Source: a virus (taxonomy: Duplodnaviria; Heunggongvirae; Uroviricota; Caudoviricetes). From it: a stretch of DNA of 64,000 nt. Made by a program: the position numbers and the translations under genes. Within the stretch, counting starts at the first letter, position 1. Each line of letters begins with the position of its first letter. Positions 30,491 to 43,118 of this stretch are shown piece after piece. The notes under the pieces were generated by a model. That model saw only the letters and a program-made list of their open reading frames with translations. It did not search any database and had not been told where the DNA came from. The stretch spans positions 1 through 64,000 of IMG/VR virus record IMGVR_UViG_2939142107_000001; one strand, 5' to 3'.

Positions 30491-30772
30491 ATGTTTGATT
30501 TAACAATATTTTTTATAACCATCCTTGGAGGCGTGCATTCGTTTCTGAATGGGGTTCGTGAAAAACGTTACGAAGCGTCATGCAGGCAATTGATGGCCGA
30601 GTGTATTGCTGCCGTACTTGCAGGCTTTATAGGCATGTATTTCGCGGAATATAAGGGTATGGATGAAAGTCTTCAGAATTGCGTGACTATTATTTGCAGC
30701 ATCAATAACAAGCTCATTCTTGAAAAGTCACAAAGGATTATCGATTCGTACCTCAATAGAAATGCCTCTTAA
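30491..30772 (+). CDS. Holin-like small membrane protein (paralogue of LydA)
   Basis: About 93 aa from ATG 30491 (RBS GGGGG); hydrophobic segments MFDLTIFFITILGGV... and IAAVLAGFIGMYFA; similar topology to the next gene. Confidence 0.4.
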   Translation: MFDLTIFFITILGGVHSFLNGVREKRYEASCRQLMAECIAAVLAGFIGMYFAEYKGMDESLQNCVTIICSINNKLILEKSQRIIDSYLNRNAS

Positions 30773-30813
30773 GCAACAAATGACCGGTTGAGAAGTTACT
30801 TTGCATACCATTA

Positions 30814-30833
30814 CCTCCTGACAACGTAGGAGG
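30814..30833 (+). promoter_or_regulatory. Hairpin pairing the lydA RBS (CCTCCT-N8-AGGAGG)
   Basis: AGGAGG at 30828-30833, 6 nt before the GTG start at 30840, is complementary to CCTCCT at 30814-30819. Confidence 0.35.
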
Positions 30834-30839
30834 GAACTT

Positions 30840-31169
30840 GTGCTTGACACACAGGAATTAGCTCCAGTTGCTATTGCGTTCCTGCTTTCAGTAATTGGTG
30901 GGATAGGCACGTTCCTGATGGATGTCCGAGACGGTCGCCAGTCTGGCAATTTGTTGGGATTGGTTACGGAGATCTTTGTTGCAGTGACAGCTGGCGCGGT
31001 GGCGTACCTATTGGGGCAACACGAGGGCTGGGAGTTATCAATTACGTACTTAATGGTAACGATAGCCAGCAATAACGGTCATGAGGTGATTTCAGGGATG
31101 AAACGAGTGAATATCGATAGCATTCTGAATGTTCTTACAAGTTTGGTGAAAAAGGGAGGCGGGAAATGA
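30840..31169 (+). CDS. lydA: Holin LydA
   Basis: 109-aa ORF with GTG start, two hydrophobic segments, followed by a 147-aa gene and the darA operon as in P1. Confidence 0.6.
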   Translation: MLDTQELAPVAIAFLLSVIGGIGTFLMDVRDGRQSGNLLGLVTEIFVAVTAGAVAYLLGQHEGWELSITYLMVTIASNNGHEVISGMKRVNIDSILNVLTSLVKKGGGK

Positions 31170-31609
31170 TTGGCTGGGGTGTATGCGTTCTTGCGTTAGC
31201 CTTAGCCGATCGCTGTTTGCTAAAACGCAAGGACATCACGCATTTAGAACTTGGTGATGTGGAAATTAAACCGGGTTTCATCCGAGTGCCGTTCAAATAC
31301 CGGTCTAAATTCCCGTTTTTGCGCGGCGCAACGGTCAGATATTGGATCCGCGATGTTCAGAAGCCGACGACAGTGATTGAAGGCGAACAACGTTGTCTGA
31401 CGTCGGCTGAACAGGGCGAAAACAGTGAATGGTTGTACATACCCACTGAATATATGGGTATAGGAGATCGACTGTGGCATTTCAACGTCATGGTTACGCA
31501 TGGCGACTCGTTCATTAACCCGTTGTATCGGATTTTCCCTGTTACTCAGCAAATCCGCAGAAGTTACGTAATAAATCTCGCACAGGATGTGTCAGATGAC
31601 GAAAAATAA
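31166..31609 (+). CDS. lydB: Antiholin LydB
   Basis: 147-aa ORF overlapping the lydA stop; size and position match P1 LydB. Confidence 0.55.
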   Translation: MIGWGVCVLALALADRCLLKRKDITHLELGDVEIKPGFIRVPFKYRSKFPFLRGATVRYWIRDVQKPTTVIEGEQRCLTSAEQGENSEWLYIPTEYMGIGDRLWHFNVMVTHGDSFINPLYRIFPVTQQIRRSYVINLAQDVSDDEK

Positions 31610-32198
31610 GTATGCAACGGTCGATTTTGACCAGGTTAATGAAAAGGGGCTGAAATCCCTTATCGCGGCGATCAATAAAACCGGGGTTACGGTAATTGAG
31701 GTTGACTCCAGCAACCGCGCAACAACGAAAGATGGCGTTAAAGTTAAAACCGCAAAGCTGGTTCTTAACGACGGACAAATTCTTGCCATACAGGTAAACG
31801 ATACTGGCGATATATCGTCTGTGAAACTGAATGGAAAAGCTATTCCTAACGCTCAGTCGCCGGATATCAAGACGCTTGGTACCGTCATGGGACAAGCGGC
31901 CCGCAAAAACTCCGCAAAATTCCAGAAATCACTGATCGCCAAAGCGAAGCGTGTTGCCAATCCGGTAGACAAGAAACCGGCAGTTAAATCCAACTTTCAG
32001 CGCCTGCAAGAAGCAAAACAGCGGAATGCTCAGGTGGTTGCCGCTTATAAGTCCGCGCAGAATTCGGTGTCTTTCAATCAACAGCAGATCACTGATTTGC
32101 GGGCGAAGCTGGATAAGGAGACGGGCCGACTCAATAACGAAAAGGCACGGAATGGCGAACTCAAACGTCGTCTTAAGCAACTGAAAGCAGGAAATTAA
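31596..32198 (+). CDS. hdf: Hdf (homologue of a DarA fragment)
   Basis: Probable start ATG 31596; shares the motif KNSAKFQ and flanking coiled-coil with the downstream DarA (AARKNSAKFQKSL vs LAEKNSAKFQRAQ). Confidence 0.6.
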   Translation: MTKNKYATVDFDQVNEKGLKSLIAAINKTGVTVIEVDSSNRATTKDGVKVKTAKLVLNDGQILAIQVNDTGDISSVKLNGKAIPNAQSPDIKTLGTVMGQAARKNSAKFQKSLIAKAKRVANPVDKKPAVKSNFQRLQEAKQRNAQVVAAYKSAQNSVSFNQQQITDLRAKLDKETGRLNNEKARNGELKRRLKQLKAGN

Positions 32199-32199
32199 C

Positions 32200-34119
32200 A
32201 TGGAACAGTTCAATATCAATAAAGGGGTGACGATCAAGCCCGGGCTTGACGTGCTTCCCCCGCCAGTGACTGATGATGAATATCGCGCATTAATGGCCGG
32301 TGAGGACCGCTATCTGATGACGGAATCCAATACCCTGGAGGAAATCGAGGCTACGTTCTTCTATGACACGCCGATCCACTGGTGTGCTACGGATTTACTG
32401 GAGGCGATTAGTTCTACTCGTTTGCAGTTACACCGGACCATGCAGGCATTTGTCCGGGCATTGAACCAGAAGCTGAATGGTACCGGAATCTCTGCGGGGA
32501 GTGATAAAACGGGGGATGTGGCCCAGAACGGTGCACGCGCGATCGGCGGTGCTGAAATTGGCCGGGCACGTAACGTTAACGGGCTGCCGGTCCTGCCAGC
32601 CATTATTCCGCTCAGTGATGGTCAGACTATCAGCATTTTGTTTCATAGCCCGACAGCGGAAAACCGGATCACCAATAGCGATACGCTGGTTGCTTTCCAG
32701 TTCTTACTGAATAAAAAAGACGTTACTCACACCGTTGCTCCGATGAGTGGACGTGATATGACGCTGGCGCAGGTCACCATGAAACTTGCCAACCTTGCAG
32801 AGAAAAACTCGGCAAAATTCCAGCGTGCGCAGAAGAAGAAAAAAGCCCTGGTTGATGAAATAACCCAACTACAGGCTGACAGTGACCAGAAAGAGGATGC
32901 CATGAGCGACCTCGCGGATCAGGTGGCAGCGGTAGAAGGCCAGAAGGCAGATCTGGAGCAGAAAATTAACGCGGTTGCTTCGGAAGCGGATTCTCTTTAT
33001 CAAGAAAATGAGCGTTTGCAGGCGGAGATTGATCAGCTCAATCGTACTGGTGGGCGCGATACCATTGCTCCAGCGGGGATGACTGGTGGGCACTCTCGCG
33101 CGCTAACGGATCGCCTTGCCAGTATCAAAAATCGTATGCATATGGACGGGGAAGCGACGCTCAGTAATGGTGCATCAATGAAGCAATTCATTGGGGATGG
33201 CGAAGGGTATATCCAGTTAACCGATCCGGATGGCAGCGTATACATGATCAAGGCTAAATCCATACAGGGTGTGGACATGGCAGATGCGATCGGCAAGCTG
33301 TTTAAAGCCTATAAAGCGGGTAATGTATCGGAATATTTGGTCCAGCCAGAAGAACATAAACCAGAAAACGTCGAACCTGAACCAGCGGAGGATACCGGTA
33401 GCTCTTCGCCTGAACCAGAAGTCTCTGTAGGTGCATATCGATATGCCCTGCAAATGCGTCCGGCGGCCCCTGGCGCGATACCTGAAGGTAACAAAGCAAT
33501 TCTTCCGCGCCCTGATGAAGGTGACCCGTATTATGAATATGCACGCTACGGCATTGCTACTTACGATACCCCGCTTTCTGATCAGCAAATGAGTGAGTAC
33601 GACCTGAAGTTATTGCCTCGCGAGGATTCTTTCGACTTCCTGGCGAAGACACTTACTAATGGTCCGTTTGGCAAATATGCACAAAAAGCTCTGGAGCTAG
33701 CCACCAGCTCACCAGACGAGTTCCGCGTAATGCTGAAAACTCAGTTTCAAAAAACTTTCCCCAATATTGCGTTTCCAGGGGGCGCTGGCATCGAGAAAAT
33801 GGTGCAGAGCATGATCAATGCATTGCAGGCCGAAGTCGGTGAGATTACTCAACCAGAACCGGTCCCGGCACAGCCTGATGAAACGGTTAGCGAAGCAGAT
33901 GCAGAGGCTAATAAAGCCATTGAATATCTCAATAGCGTGATGGATATGCAAAGCACTGACATGGCGGAGATCCGTAACGCCCGGGGTAATGTCCGGGAAG
34001 CGATTGCAGCCCTTCAGGCTGCCGGGCGTTTTGAGGAAAACGAAGAGCTGGTTAATGGCGCAGCTCGCCACCTGGCTGATCTGCTGGTAGCAATCCAGAA
34101 AGCGGGGGTAGCGGCATGA
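32200..34119 (+). CDS. darA: DarA (virion-packaged antirestriction protein)
   Basis: 639-aa ORF in the order hdf-darA-ddrA-ddrB; size matches P1 DarA. Confidence 0.7.
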   Translation: MEQFNINKGVTIKPGLDVLPPPVTDDEYRALMAGEDRYLMTESNTLEEIEATFFYDTPIHWCATDLLEAISSTRLQLHRTMQAFVRALNQKLNGTGISAGSDKTGDVAQNGARAIGGAEIGRARNVNGLPVLPAIIPLSDGQTISILFHSPTAENRITNSDTLVAFQFLLNKKDVTHTVAPMSGRDMTLAQVTMKLANLAEKNSAKFQRAQKKKKALVDEITQLQADSDQKEDAMSDLADQVAAVEGQKADLEQKINAVASEADSLYQENERLQAEIDQLNRTGGRDTIAPAGMTGGHSRALTDRLASIKNRMHMDGEATLSNGASMKQFIGDGEGYIQLTDPDGSVYMIKAKSIQGVDMADAIGKLFKAYKAGNVSEYLVQPEEHKPENVEPEPAEDTGSSSPEPEVSVGAYRYALQMRPAAPGAIPEGNKAILPRPDEGDPYYEYARYGIATYDTPLSDQQMSEYDLKLLPREDSFDFLAKTLTNGPFGKYAQKALELATSSPDEFRVMLKTQFQKTFPNIAFPGGAGIEKMVQSMINALQAEVGEITQPEPVPAQPDETVSEADAEANKAIEYLNSVMDMQSTDMAEIRNARGNVREAIAALQAAGRFEENEELVNGAARHLADLLVAIQKAGVAA

Positions 34120-34481
34120 CACTATCAGCTATTGAGTTAATGGACCTCAGCGACAAGTTGGATTCTCTGATGTCCAAAGCTGCTACCGCGAGTGGCATGG
34201 AGTTGCTGGATATCAGCGATGAAATTGACCAGATCATGCAACAGATGGGGTACGGCGCGTCCGGCGGCGGTAGTGGCGAGGAAAAACAACCTTCGGTACA
34301 TGATGGTGTGCCAAAACTGGTTGCTGATTTCCTGGCTGATAAATTCGTCGATCAGAGCACCGATGCATTTATCGGTACGTTGCAGGACTTGAGTCAATAT
34401 GTTGGCACATACATCGATCTGGACCAGGTTAAACAGCACACGGCGGCATGGATAGCCGCCAACATTAAAGAGGCAGCATAA
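34116..34481 (+). CDS. ddrA: DdrA
   Basis: 121-aa ORF with ATGA overlap to darA. Confidence 0.55.
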   Translation: MTLSAIELMDLSDKLDSLMSKAATASGMELLDISDEIDQIMQQMGYGASGGGSGEEKQPSVHDGVPKLVADFLADKFVDQSTDAFIGTLQDLSQYVGTYIDLDQVKQHTAAWIAANIKEAA

Positions 34482-34493
34482 GGCGTAACAGGG

Positions 34494-37481
34494 ATGAGCT
34501 TAAGCGATCAGGTGGTAATGGCCACCAGCATAGAAACGCTGATCGAGCTGCTAAAAAACCTGCCCAATTACGGGCGGGTTTCGTATGTGGTGACAGCGAA
34601 GGGAGACGAGGTAAAAACAGCGTTTGATATCGTCGATGCCTCAGCTCTTTTGGTATCCAATACTCTGGACGGGAAAATTAACCCTGACTATCCCCAGGAA
34701 CTTCAGCCGCGCGACCGGACCCGCGCATCCAATCTTCTTCAGGTCAACCAGATATCCAAGGATTTGCGTCCTGCCCAGCTTACCGATTCCGGTTTATCCA
34801 GCCATGGCGCGCCGATAATTGGTGAGGACAATGCCGTTGAGTCAGGTAATGGACGGACCATGGGGATCATCAAAGCCTATCAGGACGGCAATGCGGATCG
34901 GTATCGTGAGTACCTGATTGATCATGCGACCGAATTCGGCATACGACCTGAAAAGGTTGAATCAATGGCGGCTCCGGTACTGGTGCGCCGACGGTTAACT
35001 AAGGTTGACCGCGTTCAGTTTGCCAAGGACTCAAATATTTCTGATCTTCAGGAAATGGCAGCCAGTGAAAAGGCTTTTGTTGATGCTGACAGCATAACTC
35101 CGGCGATGATGGCGCTGTTTAACCCATCAGAAAGTGGAGATCTGCTTAGCCGCAGTAATGACGCGTTTATTCGCGGATTCATGACGCAAGTTGGTGCCAC
35201 ACAGGCTGCTGGCCTTGTAACGGAAGATGGGCGACCAACACGGCAACTTGTAGACCGTATACAAAACGCGATCTTTGCCAAGGCATATAAGGATGCGCGC
35301 CTGGTAAGGATGGTTGCAGAAGAACCTGATCCGGATATGCGTAATGTTCTGACGGCGCTTAATGCGGCAGCCAATGATTTTGTCCAGATGCAGGCTTTGT
35401 CAGGAGAAGCGCACAAGCAGGCTGTGACAACTATTGTTGATGGCATTGAGACAGCGGATAGCCTCGATAAAAAGGCGCTGGCGGCATTGAAAGATGCGGT
35501 AGACCTGGTAAGGCAATCGAAGGAGTCAGGCCAGCATATTACCGATGTTATTGCTCAGGGGGATATGTTCAGCGAAACGGCCCCGGAAGTGAAAGCACTC
35601 GCGTTGTTTATCGTCGCGAATAACCGTAGCGCGAAGCGTATGGCCACCGCCTTTAAGTTGATGGCGCAACGTATCAATGATGAGTTACAGCACCAGGGCC
35701 AGGCGCTCGGGGATATGTTTGGCGGCGGCGATGTGTCGTTACAGGATATCCTTCGCCAGGTGTCTCAGGAACTGGAAAACGAAGGCATGCAAGGGATATC
35801 CGGCGGTCTTTTCGAGTCCGTTTCCGGCGGTAGCTACAACGGTGTTGCTCCGTATACCAGTTTGCTATTACATCGGGCATCCGGCATCAAAGACATTATT
35901 CATCTGATCAGGCTGCTTTCCCGCACAGATCCCCAGGATGAACAGCTTGTACAAGTGCTTGCGCATTTTGTTCGAATGCCTGTTGCCGACGTGAAAAAAT
36001 GGTGCCGATTATTCGGTATCAGCAATTCGTTACTTCGCGGCTTGTTAAATCACGCATCCTCCCTTGGGCGCGATGGCTTTGATGAGATAGCGCAGGCGAT
36101 AAAAAACGGAGATATGCCACCAGCTATTGACTGGTTTTCCATTCGCCCAACCAGGGTGAAAGCATTCCTTAGCGCGGCGCATACGGCATCACCATTGGCA
36201 GAAATGGTTCAGAGGCTGTCGCTCATATTCACAGATCATACCGCGTTGGGTGATCTGACTCTTGACGAGATGAAAGAAGCATCCATTCAGTGGGCCGATC
36301 AACAAAATGAGGTTAACTCTGACTTCTTGCCAGCATTCAGGAAGGCCGTTAGTAAAGCGGATGATGCCCGTGGAATTCTGAAGGCATTTAAGGCATTGCA
36401 AAGTCGGGTTAATAAACATGTCGGTGATATCGATGGGGTAACGGCGGAAGGCAGGGATATCCTTAAAGAGCACGGCATAACGCCAGAGTTTATTGATGAG
36501 ATCAGGACTGATATGCAGCGTGAGGTCGTATCGTCCCTGCAAATCGTAGCCAGAGCGTTGGCGGATGCTAATCCGAAGAGTGCGGCCATTGTTAACCAGG
36601 TTATTGGTGATATTGAAGCATCGGAGGGCATGGGGGCGCTGAAACTCTTCCTTTCGCGAGCGTTTAATCCTAACGGCAATATTCTCCCTGGCATTATTGG
36701 TGAGGCTAAAAAGTATGTCAGCGAAGAAGAACTTGAGCATCTTGACCAACTACTTAAGCGATTCTCATATAACCCGCAGACACGCTGGCAAATGAATCAG
36801 CGAAGTATGGGTTCGGTCCACGAGAAAGTGTTATCTGCCATGAACAGTGCGATCGCCAACTCATCCGTATCTGAAGAAAAAGCTCTTGAGTGGGCCGACT
36901 CTTTTATCACGGAAGAAGTGGAAGAAGCCCGCGCTGGACAGAATGGTGGGATAAACCTGCGCAAGGAACTTGCTGATATTTATCGCCTGACTGGCGGGAA
37001 AATATCGACCTTATCAAAGGTGGTTCACCACCAGGGAAGGGCATATGCAAATCTAAATGGTGTTGTTGCTGTCAATTTGAACGATGAAAATGCAAGAGCA
37101 CTGTGGCACGAGCTGGGTCATCATCTTGAGTACAGTAACCCCGGTTTGTTAGAGAAAGCCCGGTCATTCCTGAAGGCCAATGTTGAAGGGGGTAAGCTAT
37201 CTTTCGTCAATATCGGTGGGCGTGGCAAGCCTGAATGGTGCTTCAGATCTCGATTGAGTAATATTTATATGGCGAAGGTATACCCGCCAGTCTCAGTGAG
37301 TAACTCCGGGAAAATTCGGCAGAAATCACCGACTATTTCCAAAACGTCAGCAACGGAAGTATTCTCTATGGCTCTTCAGTTGTATCATGACAAAGAGGCC
37401 GCTGCCGCATCACTGATGAATGGTGACGGATTGCTGGAACTGTTATTAGGTGTGGCAAAGGAGCTAAATAATGCAGATTAA
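34494..37481 (+). CDS. ddrB: DdrB (large Dar-associated protein)
   Basis: 995-aa ORF downstream of ddrA. Confidence 0.6.
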   Translation: MSLSDQVVMATSIETLIELLKNLPNYGRVSYVVTAKGDEVKTAFDIVDASALLVSNTLDGKINPDYPQELQPRDRTRASNLLQVNQISKDLRPAQLTDSGLSSHGAPIIGEDNAVESGNGRTMGIIKAYQDGNADRYREYLIDHATEFGIRPEKVESMAAPVLVRRRLTKVDRVQFAKDSNISDLQEMAASEKAFVDADSITPAMMALFNPSESGDLLSRSNDAFIRGFMTQVGATQAAGLVTEDGRPTRQLVDRIQNAIFAKAYKDARLVRMVAEEPDPDMRNVLTALNAAANDFVQMQALSGEAHKQAVTTIVDGIETADSLDKKALAALKDAVDLVRQSKESGQHITDVIAQGDMFSETAPEVKALALFIVANNRSAKRMATAFKLMAQRINDELQHQGQALGDMFGGGDVSLQDILRQVSQELENEGMQGISGGLFESVSGGSYNGVAPYTSLLLHRASGIKDIIHLIRLLSRTDPQDEQLVQVLAHFVRMPVADVKKWCRLFGISNSLLRGLLNHASSLGRDGFDEIAQAIKNGDMPPAIDWFSIRPTRVKAFLSAAHTASPLAEMVQRLSLIFTDHTALGDLTLDEMKEASIQWADQQNEVNSDFLPAFRKAVSKADDARGILKAFKALQSRVNKHVGDIDGVTAEGRDILKEHGITPEFIDEIRTDMQREVVSSLQIVARALADANPKSAAIVNQVIGDIEASEGMGALKLFLSRAFNPNGNILPGIIGEAKKYVSEEELEHLDQLLKRFSYNPQTRWQMNQRSMGSVHEKVLSAMNSAIANSSVSEEKALEWADSFITEEVEEARAGQNGGINLRKELADIYRLTGGKISTLSKVVHHQGRAYANLNGVVAVNLNDENARALWHELGHHLEYSNPGLLEKARSFLKANVEGGKLSFVNIGGRGKPEWCFRSRLSNIYMAKVYPPVSVSNSGKIRQKSPTISKTSATEVFSMALQLYHDKEAAAASLMNGDGLLELLLGVAKELNNAD

Positions 37482-37788
37482 AATCGCGGCGCCATTAGGC
37501 GGAGATGCCATTATCGAATTTGATGATAATGAAGAAGTTTCCGGGCGTTTAAGCATTATCTCCGGTGACATTACCGAGGACATGATCGCTGAAGCCATAG
37601 CTGGGGCAAATCCCAATAGCTATATGGGATTCGTTAACACCCTTGATGCTCCCGCAAGTGATGTTCTCCGAACGCTGCATCTTTACGCTGGCTGGTTTGT
37701 TGATTGGCCAGCAGTAGAGGGTGGCGATGAGGACGACGACGATGACGACGATGATTTTGGGGATCATGTAGACCAGATCGTATATTGA
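37471..37788 (+). CDS. Small highly acidic protein with a poly-Asp tract (DEDDDDDDDDFGDH)
   Basis: 105-aa ORF overlapping the ddrB stop, last gene before a strong terminator. Confidence 0.45.
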   Translation: MQIKIAAPLGGDAIIEFDDNEEVSGRLSIISGDITEDMIAEAIAGANPNSYMGFVNTLDAPASDVLRTLHLYAGWFVDWPAVEGGDEDDDDDDDDFGDHVDQIVY

Positions 37789-37790
37789 AG

Positions 37791-37821
37791 AAATCCCGCC
37801 AATCGGCGGGATTTTTTTTAA
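37791..37821. terminator. Bidirectional rho-independent terminator (AAATCCCGCC-AATC-GGCGGGATTT + T8)
   Basis: Perfect 10-bp stem, flanked by A-run and T-run, between convergent genes. Confidence 0.75.
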
Positions 37822-38612
37822 TCGCTTTCCACTTCTTCCGTAGTGTTTTCTTGCAGTTCTGTTAATGCAGCACGACACAGGTTCCGGGCATTGGCTATAG
37901 CCACACTTTTGACTTCATCCGTCATCGTGCAGGTAATGTACTGATCGAGTTCTTCAGCGCGGATGATGCTTTTGCCAATCAGAAACTGTATTTGCCAGAG
38001 CAGATCAGCATCCATAATCAGAATTTCTGCCGGGCCTTCAGGACCAGCCGGGAAGGAAACATAAGACTGTTTGCCCAGGCCGATAACTCGACAACTTGCT
38101 TCAAGAATTGCGCGATTGAGGTCTGACTTTGTAACTGAAACAGGTTGATTTTCACCTGTGATTACGCCGTTGACATGGATGTGGAATGGCATGTAGCTTG
38201 AAATTCGCTCTACTTTCCATACGCCAGCAAGCGATCCTTCATGCAGCACAATGGGGGTAACCGCGAGTTTCATCTCACCATATAACTGCTGGCAGATAGC
38301 TGGATTGCTGAATACATCCAAAGGTTCACACTCAAACAGCGGCGCAATCTGTATGAGGTCCATCATGGTCATACCAGGGGTACGAGCAGTAATGAATCTG
38401 CGCATGCCAGTATCCATTGTGCGCCAGATAGCTACACCATGCTTTTTGCTCACTTCTTCAGTAAAGCCAAGGTGGCACATGATGGTTTTTTCGATAGCCA
38501 GATCAGAGATAGAAACCTTTTCGCCAGGTACACCATCATTATTGATGGTCACTTCTACACTCTGGCCATTACGCAGGCGGTATTGAATGGTTTTAGTATT
38601 TTGTGCTGTCAT
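37818..38612 (-). CDS. Hypothetical protein (264 aa), co-directional with and downstream of ssb
   Basis: ORF only; no recognisable motif. Confidence 0.5.
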   Translation of the reverse strand: MTAQNTKTIQYRLRNGQSVEVTINNDGVPGEKVSISDLAIEKTIMCHLGFTEEVSKKHGVAIWRTMDTGMRRFITARTPGMTMMDLIQIAPLFECEPLDVFSNPAICQQLYGEMKLAVTPIVLHEGSLAGVWKVERISSYMPFHIHVNGVITGENQPVSVTKSDLNRAILEASCRVIGLGKQSYVSFPAGPEGPAEILIMDADLLWQIQFLIGKSIIRAEELDQYITCTMTDEVKSVAIANARNLCRAALTELQENTTEEVESD

Positions 38613-38814
38613 AGTCTTTTCTCTGCTTAAAAACTGATGTATTGCGCCTTCAGGTTGGTTAGGAATGTTTTCCCACCAGCGAAAGCAATATCTCGGGGTG
38701 TTCTATTCGTTAAAAGCGCGTGCCATTGCCAACTTTGGCGTTTGTTTGCGAGTTCGTGCTTTTGTCGGCGTCTTGACCACCGCTTTTCTTTCAGTCGTTT
38801 TTTACTCATAAACT

Positions 38815-39303
38815 CTAAAACGGAATATCGTCGTCAAAGTCCATTGGAGGTTCGTTATTGGCGTTGCTCTGAGGTTTACCGCCACCACTGTATTGCTGGT
38901 GGTTTTGAGGTTGGTTCGATTGCCCCCAGCCATTTGAGGACTGTGAATCGTCACGGCGAGCGCCGATCATTTGCATGGTGCCGCCCTGGCTGACGATAAT
39001 TTCCGTCGTGTAACGTTCTACACCGGCGTCATCTGTCCACTTACGGGTTTTAAGTTTCCCTTCGATGTAGACCTGAGAACCTTTTCGTAAATACTCACTC
39101 GCAATTTCAGCAAGTTTCCCGAACAAAACGACTCTATGCCATTCTGTTTGCTCTTTCTGTTGGCCCGTTTGCTTGTCGCGCCATGATTCATTTGTTGCGA
39201 TGCTTAGTCTTCCGACCGCTCCGCCATTTGGTATATACCTGATCTCCGGGTCTTGCCCCAGGGTACCAATCAGGATGACTTTGTTTACACCGCGTTGTGC
39301 CAC
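38815..39303 (-). CDS. ssb: Single-stranded DNA-binding protein
   Basis: 162 aa, GTG start with RBS AGGTAAG; sequence closely resembles E. coli SSB ([23 protein letters not shown]...[29 protein letters not shown]...DDDIPF). Confidence 0.92.
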   Translation of the reverse strand: MAQRGVNKVILIGTLGQDPEIRYIPNGGAVGRLSIATNESWRDKQTGQQKEQTEWHRVVLFGKLAEIASEYLRKGSQVYIEGKLKTRKWTDDAGVERYTTEIIVSQGGTMQMIGARRDDSQSSNGWGQSNQPQNHQQYSGGGKPQSNANNEPPMDFDDDIPF

Positions 39304-39322
39304 TTATCTTACCTAATAAAAT

Positions 39323-39339
39323 AAAATGATTAGAGCAAT
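39323..39339 (-). promoter_or_regulatory. C1 operator-like site upstream of ssb (ATTGCTCTAATCATTTT on minus strand)
   Basis: About 15/17 match to the consensus. Confidence 0.5.
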
Positions 39340-39471
39340 AATGTATATCTTTGAAACGTAGCTAACAAGTGATTTGCATTATCCTGTGCCTTCTAAAGGG
39401 ATCGAGTCAGTCGGTATTGGCTGTGAATGGGTGTTTGTCCTGGAGCGTAAAAATTCGCTTATGAGGTCTTT

Positions 39472-40029
39472 ATGAAGGGAAAAACAGCCGCAGGAGGCGG
39501 TGCAATTTGCGCTATCGCGGTGATGATTACCATCGTAATGGGTAATGGCAATGTGCGAACCAACCAGGCGGGGCTTGAGCTGATTGGTAACGCTGAAGGT
39601 TGCCGACGTGATCCATACATGTGCCCGGCGGGGGTATGGACTGACGGGATCGGTAATACACACGGGGTAACGCCGGGTGTGCGAAAAACCGACCAGCAAA
39701 TCGCCGCTGATTGGGAAAAGAATATCCTGATCGCTGAACGCTGTATTAATCAGCACTTCCGGGGCAAAGACATGCCCGATAATGCCTTTAGTGCAATGAC
39801 AAGCGCGGCATTCAATATGGGATGCAATAGCTTACGGACCTACTACAGCAAAGCGCGAGGCATGCGAGTCGAAACGTCCATCCACAAGTGGGCGCAGAAA
39901 GGGGAATGGGTGAATATGTGTAACCATCTCCCTGATTTTGTGAACAGTAACGGCGTGCCCCTGCGAGGTTTAAAGATTCGCCGTGAAAAAGAACGCCAGC
40001 TTTGCCTGACGGGACTGGTCAATGAATAA
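39472..40029 (+). CDS. lyz: SAR endolysin (T4-lysozyme-type muramidase with N-terminal signal-anchor-release domain)
   Basis: 185 aa; Gly/Ala-rich N-terminal segment (TAAGGGAICAIAVMITIV) then lysozyme catalytic region (ELIGNAEGCRRDPYMCPAGVWTDGIGNTHG); matches recalled P1 Lyz. Confidence 0.85.
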   Translation: MKGKTAAGGGAICAIAVMITIVMGNGNVRTNQAGLELIGNAEGCRRDPYMCPAGVWTDGIGNTHGVTPGVRKTDQQIAADWEKNILIAERCINQHFRGKDMPDNAFSAMTSAAFNMGCNSLRTYYSKARGMRVETSIHKWAQKGEWVNMCNHLPDFVNSNGVPLRGLKIRREKERQLCLTGLVNE

Positions 40030-40320
40030 ACTCCGGCAGCTCCGCAGACTTTCGACAATGAAGTTATCGCTGGCAGCGATAGTTTTCGACTCGATTTTCA
40101 TGGCGGTATATGTGCTTAATGAAACGTGGCCACTGGAACCGCTATTGTATGCCGGGCTTCGGCTGTGCCTGACATTTTTGAGCATGGCCGCGAGATTGAT
40201 GCAGCAGAAAGAAACCGCTTCAGATTGTCCACGCCGCGCGGTGCGCAAATATATGGCACGCAGGCGAAGTCGATAATAGTTAACGAGAACCCCGGCACTC
40301 GCCGGGGTTATTTTTGGTGG

Positions 40321-43051
<2,731 letters not shown>

Positions 43052-43118
43052 TTAATTAGAATAATTCGTATCGTGTTTGAACGGAAATTTAACACTAGTC
43101 ACTTGTTAAGGATTACCA

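Noticed and set aside
30491-31169. Two adjacent small membrane proteins considered as a possible membrane toxin/immunity pair
   Set aside because: Their position immediately upstream of lydB and the darA operon, plus their size and topology, fit holin/holin-like lysis proteins of P1-type phages.
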